Notes: generated from the sequence alone by a model not told the origin. A stretch of DNA of 64,000 bases from Lachnospiraceae bacterium (GCA_017518185.1 JAFWWB010000037.1:13486-77485), one strand, 5' to 3'. Positions 36,440 through 48,149 are shown, counted from the first letter of the stretch. Numbers and translations are program-made.

Positions 36440-38092
36440 TTACACGTTGAAACAGGATCCCCCTACAAACTCCCTTACAATGGAATTGTTCGGAAGGTTT
36501 TCGCTGCTCACTCCCAGGAAGTACTCCATGAACTTAAGCAGACGGTTTGCCTCATAATACTCCGGCTCTCCCGGCTTTACCGAGAAGAGCAGGGGCTCCG
36601 CAAACTGTTTCAGCACCGCCAGCTCATATATGAGTGCCGAATTGAAAGCTTCATCCACGTTTTCCTGGAAGGGGAATATGTTCTCCTCCTCGCCGCGCCG
36701 CACTGAAGGCCACATGGAGATGGTCCTCTGGGCGCTGGCTCCCCTGGTCCTTGCATCACGGACCAGACGGCGTATCAGTCTTCCGTCGGTGGTGGTGATG
36801 CGGTTATGCTCATCAACGTTAAGGCTGGTGAGTGCGGAGATATAGATCCTGAACTTGCTCTCCGCCGGGAGTGCGTGGCTCATCTTGTCGTTCAGGCCGT
36901 GTATGCCCTCGATCACCAGTATATCGTCTTTTCCGAGAGTCTTGAAGTTGCCCTTGTATTCCCGCTTTCCGGTCTTGAAATTGAAGGTGGGCAGCTCCAC
37001 GGTCTCGCCGTTCAGCAGCTTTACGCAGTCATTATTGAAGAGCTCCACGTCTATGGCTTCCAGACACTCGAAGTTATAGTTGCCGTCCTCGTCAAGGGGA
37101 GTGTCCTCCCTGTTCTTGAAATAGTCATCTACTGCTATGGGATGGGGCTTTAAGCCGTAGGACGCAAGCTGTACCGAAAGCCTGTGGGAGAAGGTGGTCT
37201 TTCCCGAAGAGGAAGGGCCTGCGATCATGACGAACTTCACGCCGCCTCTCTCAACTATCTTATGTGCTATCTCCGCGATACGGCGCTCATGGAGAGCCTC
37301 CTGGAGCAGCACTATATCCGTAAGGTCACCGTTGCATATCCTCTCGTTCAGGTCACCGACACAGTCGATGCCAAGCTTGTTTCCCCAATCCTCAGCCTGT
37401 TTAAGGGCCGAGAAAAGCCTGGGCTTGGGTACGAAAGGATCCAGGGTCTCCGGAGTCTTTGCATCCGGCAGGACCAGCATAAATCCGTCTTCATACTTTA
37501 TGAGGTCGAAAGCCTTGATATAGCCGCAGTCCGGCAGCATGAATCCGTAATAGTAGTCCCGGTAAGTCCCCAGTGAATAAACGTTTACGGTGGAGCTTCT
37601 GCGGAAATGGAAGAGCTTGTCCTTATCCTCCATGCCTGCTGCCGCAAAGATCTTTCTGGCATCCTCTGTGGGGAAGGCCCTCTTATGTATGGGTGCAGCT
37701 TCCTTCACCATCTCGAGCATATGCTCCTTCACGCCTGCCACCAGCTCCTCAGTCACCTCAAAGCCGTGGGGGCTGACGTAATAGCCGTTGCCGACGGAAA
37801 ATTCCACCTTTACCTGTTTTGTCCTGTCGTGTTCAAGAACATCGTCCAGAGCCTTCACCAGCAGCAGTATGGCCGTACGCACATAAGCCTTGTGGCCGCT
37901 CTGACGTTTCATGGTGATGAGCTTTACTTCTGCTCCGTCCTTGATGTCATGGAACAGCTCCCTGATCTTGCCGTTCTCCAGCACCAGGGCAATGTCGGCA
38001 TCGTATTCGCTGCGCTTCGCCCGGGCCAGATCCTCATAGGTGCTTCCGTCCCCGAACTCCTCTTCCTTCCCGTTGTAGATAACCTTTAACAT
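36440..38092 (-). CDS. Nucleoside/uridine kinase with a ThrRS-like N-terminal region
   Basis: GPSSSGKT, VDDYF, IEGIHGLN, RLIRRLVRD. Confidence 0.9.
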   Translation of the reverse strand: MLKVIYNGKEEEFGDGSTYEDLARAKRSEYDADIALVLENGKIRELFHDIKDGAEVKLITMKRQSGHKAYVRTAILLLVKALDDVLEHDRTKQVKVEFSVGNGYYVSPHGFEVTEELVAGVKEHMLEMVKEAAPIHKRAFPTEDARKIFAAAGMEDKDKLFHFRRSSTVNVYSLGTYRDYYYGFMLPDCGYIKAFDLIKYEDGFMLVLPDAKTPETLDPFVPKPRLFSALKQAEDWGNKLGIDCVGDLNERICNGDLTDIVLLQEALHERRIAEIAHKIVERGGVKFVMIAGPSSSGKTTFSHRLSVQLASYGLKPHPIAVDDYFKNREDTPLDEDGNYNFECLEAIDVELFNNDCVKLLNGETVELPTFNFKTGKREYKGNFKTLGKDDILVIEGIHGLNDKMSHALPAESKFRIYISALTSLNVDEHNRITTTDGRLIRRLVRDARTRGASAQRTISMWPSVRRGEEENIFPFQENVDEAFNSALIYELAVLKQFAEPLLFSVKPGEPEYYEANRLLKFMEYFLGVSSENLPNNSIVREFVGGSCFNV

Positions 38093-38108
38093 GTGTAACC
38101 CCCTTATC

Positions 38109-38891
38109 TTATAGTGTAATGAACGGGTCTCCCTGGGAAGCGGCCGTCACACGCAGCTGCGGCAGCTGCCTCTTCAGGAAATCCCTCATGTAGCTCACAA
38201 AGATCTTCTCTATACCGTAGTGGCCGGCATCTATGACACACAGCCCCGCCGCCACCGCATCCAGTCCGTCATGGTGGCCTATGTCTCCGGTGATAAGCAG
38301 CTGCATTCCGGCCTTAAGTGCATCCTTTATCATGCTCTTTCCAGAGCCCGGGACCACTGCCGCCCGTCTTATGCGTCTGTCCGGATCCCCGTAGATCCGC
38401 ACGCTGTCTATTAAGAAAGCCTCTTTGACAAGATCTGCGCAATCCTTCAGGGACAGTTCCCTGGGAAGCCTGCCTGTGCGGCCTATGCCTTCCTTTGAGA
38501 TGCTGTCCTCATAAGTAACGCACAGCACTTCCCGGTCAAGCAGTCCCAGACGGTCCGCAGCCTCATCTCCCATGCCCATCACATCAAAATTAGTGTGCAT
38601 GGAGTAGCAGGCCACATCCGCCCCTATGAGCTTTAAGAGCTTTCTTCCGGTGATGTCATCACTGCTTATATGGGATACCGAAGGAAAGATCAGGGGATGA
38701 TGGCTTATGATCACATCCGTACCGGAGATCACTGCCTCCTCCACCACATCATCGGTAACATCCACGGTGAGCAGCACCTGCTCTATCTCCTTATCCCGCC
38801 TTCCGCACATAAGGCCGGAATTATCCCAGGCCTCCGCAAAGGATGGCGGTGAAAGCTGCTCAAGTTCCTCGATAAGCTCATTCAGGATCAT
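38109..38891 (-). CDS. Nif3-like dinuclear metal centre protein
   Basis: WDNSGL, SHHPLIF, HTNFD, DAGHYGIE. Confidence 0.92.
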   Translation of the reverse strand: MILNELIEELEQLSPPSFAEAWDNSGLMCGRRDKEIEQVLLTVDVTDDVVEEAVISGTDVIISHHPLIFPSVSHISSDDITGRKLLKLIGADVACYSMHTNFDVMGMGDEAADRLGLLDREVLCVTYEDSISKEGIGRTGRLPRELSLKDCADLVKEAFLIDSVRIYGDPDRRIRRAAVVPGSGKSMIKDALKAGMQLLITGDIGHHDGLDAVAAGLCVIDAGHYGIEKIFVSYMRDFLKRQLPQLRVTAASQGDPFITL

Positions 38892-38965
38892 ATTTTATCC
38901 TCCATGGGCATGAGGTGGCTCCGAAGGAGCCGGAGCCCTGATGCCGGTTATATGTATAATGTGCT

Positions 38966-39646
38966 TCACTCCATTAGCTTTAGCGCCGCTTCTATGGGCT
39001 TTAGTTCCTCCTGAACTTCCAGGCGCCTGTCTTCAGCCCCTTCCGGCAGTCCTCCGAGTATAACCGTATATCTGTTCTTTTCCTTCAGGAGGTACTCCTT
39101 AAGCACTCCGCTGCCGCTCTCCAGAAGTTTCCTTCCGAAACTGAGGTATGGCTCTTCCGTCTCTGTCCTGCCTCCGTATACCGCGCGGATCACCGGATAG
39201 AACTTGCCCTCTTCCTTTACCATGAGCTCATCCGTAACGGCATAGCCTTCTTCCGAAAGAAAACGCCTGAAGGCTCTGAGCTCCGACTGGGGTTCCAGCA
39301 CCAGCGCCGCTGCCCGGGCCTTTTCCGGACAGGACATGAGTATGCGGGACATGAGCTCCCCGCCCATTCCCGCGATGATAACGGTGTCCGCTTCACCCGC
39401 TTCAAGGGCGGTCAGTCCGTCCGACAGCCTCAGCTCTATCCTGTCAGAAAGGCCTTCTGTGCTTATATTCTCCCTTGCAGCGGAAAGCGGTCCCTCGTTG
39501 ATATCCATGGCTATGACACGTTCAAACCTTCCCCTGCTTACAAGAGCCATGGAAACAAGACCGTGGTCACAGCCTACATCCGCCGCACAGATACCCTTTC
39601 CGGCAAGCTCCGTGACAGCCTCCATGCGGCGGGAAAGACTTATCAT
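38966..39646 (-). CDS. trmK: tRNA (adenine22-N1) methyltransferase
   Basis: [20 protein letters not shown]; conserved position downstream of rpoD. Confidence 0.9.
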   Translation of the reverse strand: MISLSRRMEAVTELAGKGICAADVGCDHGLVSMALVSRGRFERVIAMDINEGPLSAARENISTEGLSDRIELRLSDGLTALEAGEADTVIIAGMGGELMSRILMSCPEKARAAALVLEPQSELRAFRRFLSEEGYAVTDELMVKEEGKFYPVIRAVYGGRTETEEPYLSFGRKLLESGSGVLKEYLLKEKNRYTVILGGLPEGAEDRRLEVQEELKPIEAALKLME

Positions 39647-41505
39647 TCCAGGAAATCCCTGATTATCTTGGAGCGGCTGGGATGGCGGAGCTTTCTGAGC
39701 GCCTTGGCCTCTATCTGCCTTATACGCTCACGGGTAACGGAAAACTCCTTGCCCACCTCTTCCAGCGTGCGTCCTCTTCCGTCTATGAGTCCGAAGCGCA
39801 GTGTCAGCACCTTGCGTTCTCTCTCCGTCAGGGTTCCCAGTATCTTGTCAAGCTGCTCCCTCAGCAGGGTAAAAGCAGCAGCATCTGCGGGAACGGGCAC
39901 ATTGTCATCCTGGATGAAATCACCGAGATGGCTGTCCTCCTCCTCGCCTATGGGGGTCTCAAGGGATACGGGCTCCTGTGATATCTTCAGTATCTCACGC
40001 ACCCTTTCCTCGGGCATATCCATGCGCTCGGCTATCTCCGAGGGTGAAGGCTCCCTGCCAAGCTCCTGCAGCAGCTGTCTGTTTATACGTATTATCTTGT
40101 TGATGGTCTCCACCATATGCACTGGTATACGTATGGTCCTGGCCTGATCTGCTATGGCCCTGGTTATAGCCTGCCTGATCCACCAGGTAGCGTAGGTGGA
40201 GAACTTGTAACCCTTGCGGTAATCGAACTTTTCCACCGCTTTTATAAGGCCCAGGTTGCCTTCCTGTATAAGATCCAGGAAGAGCATGCCCCTGCCCACA
40301 TATCTCTTTGCGATGCTGACCACCAGACGCAGGTTTGCCTGGGACAGATCCCGGCCGGCGCTCTTGCCCTCCGCGATCTTTGCCTCGTTGTCGTCTATCT
40401 TCTTCTGGAGTTCAGCTTTTTTCTTTGTGTAATCGAAATTCTTCCTGGGCTTGTTCTCTTCCTCGTACTCAAGGGTGTAGAGCTTGTCCAGCAGATCCTC
40501 GTTCTTCGTCTCCGCTTCCATGCCGGCCTCCATCTTCTTGGCCAGCCTTATCTCTTCGTCAGCGGTGAGCAGGGGTACCCTGCCTATCTCCTTTAAGTAC
40601 ATGCGCACGGGATCCTCGATATTTGCGCCGTCGGCCAGTCCCGCCTCCAGCGACTCTATATCCAGATCCAGCTCCGCGCTCTCCTCCAGAGCCAGCTCCT
40701 CTTCGGGTATCTCATCATCGTCAAGCTGCTCTATACGGAGCACGATGCGGTTCTTGTCCAGAGCATCCCATATCTTGTCGAACTGATCCTCGTCCAGGTT
40801 CAGCTCGGAAAAGGTATCGATGACCTCCTGGTATTCAACGAAGCCCGTCTTTCTGGCCCCGTTCAGGAGCTGTGTCAGCTTTTCGTCAAAGCTTTTAGCC
40901 GCCTGTTCTGCATCGTCAGCAGCCTCGGCCTCCTGCTTCTTTTTAGTGCTGTCTGCCTTTTTGGAGCCCTCTTCCTTCTTTGAGTTTTCCTTTTGGGCAG
41001 TTTCCGTCTTCTTTGCAGGCTCGGCCTTTTTTGTGTTTTTGTCTTCCTTAGCAGACTCCGCCTTCTTTGCGTTCTTTTCTTCCTTCGCAGGCTCTGCCTT
41101 CTTTGCAGGCTCTGCTTTCTTCGCAGTCTCCGTCTTCTTTGCAGCTTCTGCCTTCTTTGCAGGCTCCGCTTTCTTTGCGGGTTCAGCCTTCTTTGCAGGC
41201 TCGGTCTTCTTTGCAGCTTCTGCCTTCTTTGCAGCTTCAGCCTTCTTCGCCGGCTCTGCTTTCTTTGCAGCTTCAGCCTTCTTCGCCGGCTCTGCTTTCT
41301 TTGCGGCTTCGGCCTTCTTTGCGGGCTCCGCCTTCTTCGCAGCTTCTTTCTTCACGGGCTCTGCCTTTTTGGAACTCTCCGCCTTCTTCGGTGCCTCCTT
41401 AACGCTCGCGGTCCCGGATGCTTTCTTTCCCGCCGCAGTTCCTGCAGCGGCCTTCTTCACGTCCTTTTTGACTTCCTTTTTTTCTTCCGTCTTCTTTACG
41501 GCCAT
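39643..41505 (-). CDS. rpoD: Primary sigma factor RpoD/SigA with a long Lys/Ala-rich N-terminal extension
   Basis: [54 protein letters not shown]; start reassigned to 41505 after AAGGAG. Confidence 0.97.
   Translation of the reverse strand: MAVKKTEEKKEVKKDVKKAAAGTAAGKKASGTASVKEAPKKAESSKKAEPVKKEAAKKAEPAKKAEAAKKAEPAKKAEAAKKAEPAKKAEAAKKAEAAKKTEPAKKAEPAKKAEPAKKAEAAKKTETAKKAEPAKKAEPAKEEKNAKKAESAKEDKNTKKAEPAKKTETAQKENSKKEEGSKKADSTKKKQEAEAADDAEQAAKSFDEKLTQLLNGARKTGFVEYQEVIDTFSELNLDEDQFDKIWDALDKNRIVLRIEQLDDDEIPEEELALEESAELDLDIESLEAGLADGANIEDPVRMYLKEIGRVPLLTADEEIRLAKKMEAGMEAETKNEDLLDKLYTLEYEEENKPRKNFDYTKKKAELQKKIDDNEAKIAEGKSAGRDLSQANLRLVVSIAKRYVGRGMLFLDLIQEGNLGLIKAVEKFDYRKGYKFSTYATWWIRQAITRAIADQARTIRIPVHMVETINKIIRINRQLLQELGREPSPSEIAERMDMPEERVREILKISQEPVSLETPIGEEEDSHLGDFIQDDNVPVPADAAAFTLLREQLDKILGTLTERERKVLTLRFGLIDGRGRTLEEVGKEFSVTRERIRQIEAKALRKLRHPSRSKIIRDFLE
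41090..41345 (-). repeat. In-frame 18-bp tandem repeat encoding KK(A/T)E(P/A/T)A, 14 contiguous units plus scattered copies
   Basis: Read directly from the RpoD translation; boundaries approximate. Confidence 0.92.
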
Positions 41506-41521
41506 CCTTCCGCTCTCCTTT

Positions 41522-43288
41522 TCATAGTCTTTCCATGGAACGCAGCTGCTCAAGCAGCTTTTTGTCCTTCACCAGCTTATCCAGCGCTTCCGCCCCTCCG
41601 GACATCACCGCGTGGTCTGTGGCCTCCTGCTTGATCCGTATCACTATATCACGGAACGCTTCTTCCTTCCTGCCATCTTCCACGGGCACATCCAGTCTGG
41701 TATGAAACACTTCGCTGGCTATCCTCTGCTCCTCGGGATCCTCGAACATGTCCAAAGCTGACGCAGGATTAAAGCTTCCCTTCTCCAGCTCCGAGAACAT
41801 TTTTTCCGCCACCTTTTCATACAGCGGGTCCGTGAAATCCCCGGGACAGATATAGTCACGTATCCGGGCATAACGCTCCTGTTCCTCGGACAGCCAGGTC
41901 AGCAGAAGTCTCTGGGCATACTTTGAGTGATCCTCCGATCTGCGGCCGGGTGAAGGGGCAGGGCTTTCCGTTACAGCAGTCCGCTCCCTGACAAACCCGC
42001 CTTTCTTTGCCTCATCGATCATCCGCTTCCTGAGCGCATCCACCGGAATCGAGTACTGCCCGGCTACGGCCTCAAGATAATTCTCCCGCTCCATCTCCTC
42101 TTCAAATACCAGAAGCTTTCTCGCGGTCGCGTTGAAGAACTTTGTCTTCTGATCCGGATCATCCAGTGAATAATCCTTCCTGAGCTGCCGGATCTCATAC
42201 ATAAAGGCATTTTCAGCCTCTTCTATCCTCTTTTCGAACTCCTCGCGCCCTTCACCCCTGATGAACTCATCGGGATCCTTATAGGGCTGCATATTTATGA
42301 CCTTTGCGCTTATCCCCGTCTCCCGCAGTATGCTTATGGCCCTGAGCGCCGCTGCCGTTCCGGCTCCGTCGCTGTCGTAAGCCAGATACACATCCTTGTC
42401 AAGGCGCTTGAGCATCATGGCCTGCTCCGGGGTAAAGGAAGTCCCCAGAGACGCCATTGCCTGGGTAAAGCCCGCCTGGTGCATGGCGATCACATCCATG
42501 TAGCCCTCGCAGAGTATGAACTGTTTTGCCCTGCTGGACCTGGCCATGTGGAAAGCGTAAAGGTTCTTTCTCTTTTCAAAGATCCCTGTTTCGGGGGAAT
42601 TCAGATACTTGGGCTTTGCATCCCCCAGCACCCTTCCTCCGAAAGCGATGATCTTTCCGCTGCCGTTCATGATGGGAAAGATCACCCGGTTTATGAAGCT
42701 GTCGTACATTCCGTACTTTTCGCTGAACTTTCCGAGCCCGGAATCCCTGATCAGTTCATCATCGAAGCCCTCTTTCCTGAGATATGCCACAAGGGCCCCG
42801 CTCTTCTGTCCCGCATATCCCAGGCCGAAGCGCTGGCTTACCTCGGGACTTACGCCCCTCTTCTCGAGATAATCCTGTCCCAGCTTTCCGGCTTCGGAAC
42901 GAAGCAGGTGATAATAGTACTTCCCCGCCGCGTAGTTTATGTCATAGAGTCTGGCGTTTCTGCTGCGCCTGGCCTTCTCTTCCGGCCCTGCATCCTCCTG
43001 CGGAAGCTCCACGCCTCCCTTTTCCGCCAGTACCGCTACCGCTTCGGGAAAGGAGATGTTATCATATTTCTGAAGGAAGGTGAAAACATTTCCTCCGGCA
43101 TGACAGCCGAAGCAGAAATACATCTGCTTCTGCGGAGATACCGAAAAAGAAGGGGATTTCTCATTGTGGAAGGGGCACAGCCCCACATAGTTGCTGCCCG
43201 TCCTCTTCAGCTGCACGTAAGGCCGTATGATATCCACTATATCGTTCTGTTCCCTGATACGCTGTATCAGCTCTTCTGAATAATACAT
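41522..43288 (-). CDS. dnaG: DNA primase
   Basis: [11 protein letters not shown] zinc finger, [29 protein letters not shown]. Confidence 0.97.
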   Translation of the reverse strand: MYYSEELIQRIREQNDIVDIIRPYVQLKRTGSNYVGLCPFHNEKSPSFSVSPQKQMYFCFGCHAGGNVFTFLQKYDNISFPEAVAVLAEKGGVELPQEDAGPEEKARRSRNARLYDINYAAGKYYYHLLRSEAGKLGQDYLEKRGVSPEVSQRFGLGYAGQKSGALVAYLRKEGFDDELIRDSGLGKFSEKYGMYDSFINRVIFPIMNGSGKIIAFGGRVLGDAKPKYLNSPETGIFEKRKNLYAFHMARSSRAKQFILCEGYMDVIAMHQAGFTQAMASLGTSFTPEQAMMLKRLDKDVYLAYDSDGAGTAAALRAISILRETGISAKVINMQPYKDPDEFIRGEGREEFEKRIEEAENAFMYEIRQLRKDYSLDDPDQKTKFFNATARKLLVFEEEMERENYLEAVAGQYSIPVDALRKRMIDEAKKGGFVRERTAVTESPAPSPGRRSEDHSKYAQRLLLTWLSEEQERYARIRDYICPGDFTDPLYEKVAEKMFSELEKGSFNPASALDMFEDPEEQRIASEVFHTRLDVPVEDGRKEEAFRDIVIRIKQEATDHAVMSGGAEALDKLVKDKKLLEQLRSMERL

Positions 43289-43297
43289 CTTCCCGCC

Positions 43298-44302
43298 TCA
43301 TCCGTGCCATGACTTCGGTATATAGATATTCTCGTATACTGAGATCGCATAGTGGTCCGTCATTGAAGCCACATAATCGCAGCATACCCGCTCGATGCAG
43401 TCTCCCTTAGCGAGCAGCTTCTGATACTCGTAAGGCAGCTCATCCTTATGCCCTATGTAGTACGCATAGAGTGTTTTGATAAGGGTCTCTGCCTTGGTCT
43501 CCTCACTCTTTACTATGGGATTCTGATAGACTCTTTCAAACATGAAGGAGCGCATATCCACCATGGCCCGTTCCGTCACCTCATCCATGCGTATGTCGGC
43601 GCTGCCGGCACTGCAGGAGATGATGCTGTGGATCATGGTATCCAGTCTTTCCTTTGTTGTGTAGCCCAGCACTTCCCCTATGGCTGCCGGAACATCCCTG
43701 TCCGTAAGGACTCTGGCCCTGATGGCATCGTCCATGTCGTGATGGATATAGGCCAGCTTATCCGAGAGCCTCACTATCCTGCCCTCCGGCGTGGCAGGAT
43801 TGCTGCTCATCTTATGCTTCTCCATGCCATCCCGGACTTCCATGGTAAGGTTCAGGCCTTCTCCGTCCCGCTCCAGCACATCCACCACCCTGACGCTCTG
43901 TTCGTTGTGGCGGAAGCCCAGGGGACAGACTTCGTTAAGAGCCCTCTCCCCGGCATGGCCGAAGGGGGTATGGCCCAGGTCGTGGCCCAGTGCTATGGCT
44001 TCGACCAGTTCTTCATTCATCTTCAGCGCCCTTGCTATGGTCCTGGCTATCTGGGCCACCTCAAGGGTGTGGGTAAGCCTGGTGCGGTAATGATCCCCTT
44101 CGGGATTCAGGAATACCTGGGTCTTGTCCTTCAGCCTTCTGAAGGCCTTGGAGTGGACTATCCTGTCCCTGTCCCTTGAGAATACGGGACGGATGTCGCA
44201 GGGTTCCTCCTCCTTCATCCTCCCCTTCGAGTTCACGCTCAGGGTGGCATAGGGACTCAGTCTTTCCTTTTCCGCATTTTCCAGCTCTTCCCTTATCAGC
44301 AT
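43298..44302 (-). CDS. dgt: dGTP triphosphohydrolase-like HD protein
   Basis: RRLKDKTQV, RTRLTHTLEV, GHDLGHTPFGHAGE. Confidence 0.92.
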   Translation of the reverse strand: MLIREELENAEKERLSPYATLSVNSKGRMKEEEPCDIRPVFSRDRDRIVHSKAFRRLKDKTQVFLNPEGDHYRTRLTHTLEVAQIARTIARALKMNEELVEAIALGHDLGHTPFGHAGERALNEVCPLGFRHNEQSVRVVDVLERDGEGLNLTMEVRDGMEKHKMSSNPATPEGRIVRLSDKLAYIHHDMDDAIRARVLTDRDVPAAIGEVLGYTTKERLDTMIHSIISCSAGSADIRMDEVTERAMVDMRSFMFERVYQNPIVKSEETKAETLIKTLYAYYIGHKDELPYEYQKLLAKGDCIERVCCDYVASMTDHYAISVYENIYIPKSWHG

Positions 44303-47300
44303 GTGAAATATCTCACTCCGGATTCAAATATCTTCATATCCTGCTCGCCGTAGATATTTATGGCAACTCCATTGTCACGGCGCTCGCTGTGGCACATCTT
44401 GCCCAGCACCCTGCCGTCGGGAGATGTGATGCCTTCCACGGCGCCCATGGAGCCGTTCAGGTTCCAGAGGCTGTCCATGGTCACATTTCCTTCGGTATCG
44501 CAGTAGCGTGTCGCTATGCGTCCGCTCTCCTCCAGTTCCTTCATCACCTCCGGAGGACATACGAAACGTCCTTCACCATGGGATGCGGGTACACAGAACA
44601 CATCCCCGTTCTTTATGCCCGAGAACCAGGGACTTAAATTGGAGACCACCTTTGTGTAGGCCATCCTTGAGATATGTCTGTTTATGGTATTGAAGGTAAG
44701 GGTAGGACTCTGTTCGTTCTGTCCGACGATATGGCCCTCCGGCACCAGTCCAAGCTTGATGAGAGCCTGGAAGCCGTTGCAGATACCCAGCACAAGACCG
44801 TCACGCTCGTTCAGCAGCTTCTCCACCTCTTCCTTGAGTTTCGCATTTCTGAATGCAGTGGCAAAGAACTTTGCGCTGCCGTCGGGCTCGTCGCCTGCCG
44901 AGAAACCGCCGGGGAACATGATCATCTGGGCCCCTGCTATCTCCTTTGCAAAGAGTTCCGTTGCCTCCCTTATATCCTCAGCGCTCCGGTTTTTGAATAC
45001 CCTGACCACGGCCTTTGCTCCGGCCCTCTCAAAGGCCCTCGCGCTGTCGTACTCGCAGTTGCTGCCGGGGAATACAGGAATGAACACCGTGGGCTTTGCC
45101 ACCCTGTTCTTGCATACATATATATTCTTAGCATCATAAAGGCTGTATTCAACCTTTTCGGCCTCTCTGTCCGCTGTCTCGGGGAATACGCCGGAAAGGG
45201 TTCCCGTCCAGCTCTTCAGGGCTTCTTCAGCTCCCAGAACGGTCTCTCCGTGCTTAAAGCCGCTCTTTGTCACGCTTCCGACGCAGCTCACATATTCCTT
45301 AAGCTCCGAGAAGCGTTCGTCGCTCTCCAGCTTCTCCCATGCCTCCGGACTCATCTCAGCCACGATATCCCCCATTCTCGGCATGAAAAGCTCTTCCTTC
45401 GAAAGCTCTTCCGATATCTCCGCTCCGAGACCGTTTCCGAAGCACATCTGGGGAATGGCGGATGCCAGGCCGTAGCAGTCAAGTGAATAAGCGGAAACGA
45501 TGCCGCCCTCATGTATAAGGGCAGATACCATCTCGAATACATCCTCGCAGTCACGGTATACGGGCACGCCGAACTCATCTCTCGGAAGGGTGAACATCAC
45601 CAGCTTATCCCCGGCCTTCTTGGCTTCGGGAGTGATGACCTCGCCTTCATGGGCCGTATCCACCGCAAAGCTCACCAGCGTGGGCGGTACGTCGATATGG
45701 CCGAAGGTCCCGGACATGGAATCCTTGCCGCCTATGGAAGCAAGGCCGAAGCCCAGCTGTGCATCGTAAGCACCCAGCAATGCCGCAAAAGGCTGACTCC
45801 AGCGGGAAGGCTCTTCGCTCATCCTGCGGAAATACTCCTGGAAGGTGAAGTGTATCTTCTTATGGTCACCGCCTGCAGCCACGATCTTGGAGATCGAAGA
45901 GAGCACTGCGTAAATAGCTCCGTGATAGGGGCTCCAGGATGAGAGATACGGGTCGAAGCCGTAGCTCATCATGGTTATGGTATCGCTCTGGTCCGTCCCC
46001 TCCATGGGAAGCTTTGCAGCCATCACCTGGGTAGGGGTCAGCTGCTTCTCGCCGCCAAAGGGCATGAACACGCTGGCAGCGCCGATGGAAGCATCAAACA
46101 TCTCCACCAGGCCTCTCTGCGAACAGACGTTAAGATCGCCCAGGAGCTTCAGCCATGCCGTTTTTTCGTCACCGGACTCAAGCGCCTCTGCTGCCGCAGC
46201 GCAGCTTATCTTTTCAAAAGGAGCTTCCTCCTCTTTGGGTATATCCACTTCGACCGAGCATTCCTGATGGGCCCCGTTGGTATCCAGGAAGGCCCTGGAG
46301 AGATTTACTATATCCTTTCCTCTCCACTTGAGCTTAAGCCTGGGTTCTTTGGTGACCACGGCCACCTTCGTAGCCTCAAGGTTTTCCTCGGCTGCATATT
46401 CCATGAAACGCTCCGCATCCTCAGGCGCCACCACAACGGCCATACGCTCCTGGGATTCGGATATGGCAAGCTCCGTGCCGTCAAGGCCGGCATACTTTCT
46501 GGGAACGAGGTTCAGATCCACCTCCAGGCCCTCTGCCAGCTCGCCTATGGCCACCGAAACACCGCCTGCGCCGAAATCGTTGCAGCGCTTTATCAGGAGG
46601 CTTACCTCTCTTCGTCTGAACAGCCTCTGGAGCTTTCTCTCCGTAGGCGCGTTACCCTTCTGCACCTCTGCGCCGCAGCTGTCTATGGACTTCTCGGTAT
46701 GCGCCTTGGAGGAACCGGTAGCTCCGCCGCAGCCGTCCCTTCCCGTTCTTCCGCCCAGGAGTATGATCACGTCTCCGGGCTCGGGACGGAGCCTCTTCAC
46801 GTTCTTTCTGGGAGCCGCGCCCATTACGGCGCCTATCTCCATACGCTTTGCCACATAGTTGGGATGGTATATCTCCTTTACAAGGCCCGTAGCAAGACCT
46901 ATCTGGTTTCCGTAGGAGGAATAGCCTGCCGCAGCTCCGCGGACCAGTTTCAGCTGCGGAAGCTTGCCCTTGAGGGTCTTCTCAACGCCCACAGTGGGGT
47001 CCGCCGCTCCCGTGACTCTCATCGCCTGGTATACATAGGTTCGTCCCGAAAGGGGATCCCTTATCGCGCCTCCGAGGCAGGTTGCAGCGCCGCCGAAGGG
47101 CTCTATCTCCGTGGGATGGTTGTGTGTCTCGTTCTTGAAGCTTACCAGCCATTCCTCGGTATAGGGATCCGTGCCGTCCCCCGGAGTGATCTCCACGGGA
47201 ACCACTATGGAGCAGGCATTGATCTCCTCGCTCTCCTCCATATCGTTAAGCCTGCCCTCCGCCCTCAGTTTCTTCATGGCGATAAGGGCCAGATCCATAA

Positions 47301-48117
47301 GGCAGACGTACTTGTCTTCTCTTCCCTCATAAAGCTCCTGTCTCGTATCCAGATAGCTCATGTAGCTTGTCTCAAGGGGCGTCCTGTAATAGCCTTCCCC
47401 GAAGCTGACCTCCTTAAGCTCCGTGGCGAAGGTGGTATGACGGCAGTGATCCGACCAGTAGGTATCCAGCACCCGGATCTCCGTCATGGAGGGATCGCGC
47501 TTCTCGCTGTCCCTGAAATAATTCTGTATATGCTTGAAATCCGCCAGGGTCATGGCCAGGCCAAGGCTGTCGTAAAGGCTCTTCAGCGCCTTTTCGTCCA
47601 GCTCCCTGAAGCCGTCAAAGATCTTTATATCCGCAGGCTCCTCGTAGTTGACGATGAGCGTGTCCGGCTTTTCAAAGGAAGCCTCCCTTGAATCCACCGG
47701 ATTGATGCAGTATGCCTTGATGCGCTCAAGCTCGGCATCGCTCACCGCTCCCCTTACGGCGTAGATCGTGGCGCTCCGGATCACCGGCTCCTCATCTTCC
47801 TTCAGGAACCTGACGCACTGCTCGGCGGAATCCGCCCTCTGGTCATACTGTCCCGGAAGGTACTCGGCCGCAAAGATCTTAGCATCCTTCTCCGGCAGCT
47901 CCTCCCTGTAGAGCACATCCACGGGAGGCTCGGAGAACACGCTCCTGCAGGCCGCTTCGAATATCTCATCCGAGATATTCTCAACGTCATAGCGTATGTA
48001 GATACCCACGCTCTCAAGGGCGCTTATGCCGAGGCAGGTCCTTATCTCGCCCTCCAGCTCCCTTTCCTTTACGGCATACTCACGTTTCTTGGCTACATAA
48101 ACACGTTTTACGCTCAT
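44296..48117 (-). CDS. purL: Phosphoribosylformylglycinamidine synthase, large fused form
   Basis: WSDHCRH, ETHNHPTEIEPFGGA, LSESQERM, GICNGFQ, HSER; start reassigned to 48117. Confidence 0.97.
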   Translation of the reverse strand: MSVKRVYVAKKREYAVKERELEGEIRTCLGISALESVGIYIRYDVENISDEIFEAACRSVFSEPPVDVLYREELPEKDAKIFAAEYLPGQYDQRADSAEQCVRFLKEDEEPVIRSATIYAVRGAVSDAELERIKAYCINPVDSREASFEKPDTLIVNYEEPADIKIFDGFRELDEKALKSLYDSLGLAMTLADFKHIQNYFRDSEKRDPSMTEIRVLDTYWSDHCRHTTFATELKEVSFGEGYYRTPLETSYMSYLDTRQELYEGREDKYVCLMDLALIAMKKLRAEGRLNDMEESEEINACSIVVPVEITPGDGTDPYTEEWLVSFKNETHNHPTEIEPFGGAATCLGGAIRDPLSGRTYVYQAMRVTGAADPTVGVEKTLKGKLPQLKLVRGAAAGYSSYGNQIGLATGLVKEIYHPNYVAKRMEIGAVMGAAPRKNVKRLRPEPGDVIILLGGRTGRDGCGGATGSSKAHTEKSIDSCGAEVQKGNAPTERKLQRLFRRREVSLLIKRCNDFGAGGVSVAIGELAEGLEVDLNLVPRKYAGLDGTELAISESQERMAVVVAPEDAERFMEYAAEENLEATKVAVVTKEPRLKLKWRGKDIVNLSRAFLDTNGAHQECSVEVDIPKEEEAPFEKISCAAAAEALESGDEKTAWLKLLGDLNVCSQRGLVEMFDASIGAASVFMPFGGEKQLTPTQVMAAKLPMEGTDQSDTITMMSYGFDPYLSSWSPYHGAIYAVLSSISKIVAAGGDHKKIHFTFQEYFRRMSEEPSRWSQPFAALLGAYDAQLGFGLASIGGKDSMSGTFGHIDVPPTLVSFAVDTAHEGEVITPEAKKAGDKLVMFTLPRDEFGVPVYRDCEDVFEMVSALIHEGGIVSAYSLDCYGLASAIPQMCFGNGLGAEISEELSKEELFMPRMGDIVAEMSPEAWEKLESDERFSELKEYVSCVGSVTKSGFKHGETVLGAEEALKSWTGTLSGVFPETADREAEKVEYSLYDAKNIYVCKNRVAKPTVFIPVFPGSNCEYDSARAFERAGAKAVVRVFKNRSAEDIREATELFAKEIAGAQMIMFPGGFSAGDEPDGSAKFFATAFRNAKLKEEVEKLLNERDGLVLGICNGFQALIKLGLVPEGHIVGQNEQSPTLTFNTINRHISRMAYTKVVSNLSPWFSGIKNGDVFCVPASHGEGRFVCPPEVMKELEESGRIATRYCDTEGNVTMDSLWNLNGSMGAVEGITSPDGRVLGKMCHSERRDNGVAINIYGEQDMKIFESGVRYFTC

Positions 48118-48149
48118 TTCGTCCCCTTTTTTAATGTTTTTAAAGACGC

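Noticed and set aside
40820-41634. Phe/Ala/Ser-rich and Leu/Cys/Arg-rich plus-strand ORFs
   Set aside because: They are antisense readings of the RpoD KKAEPA repeat
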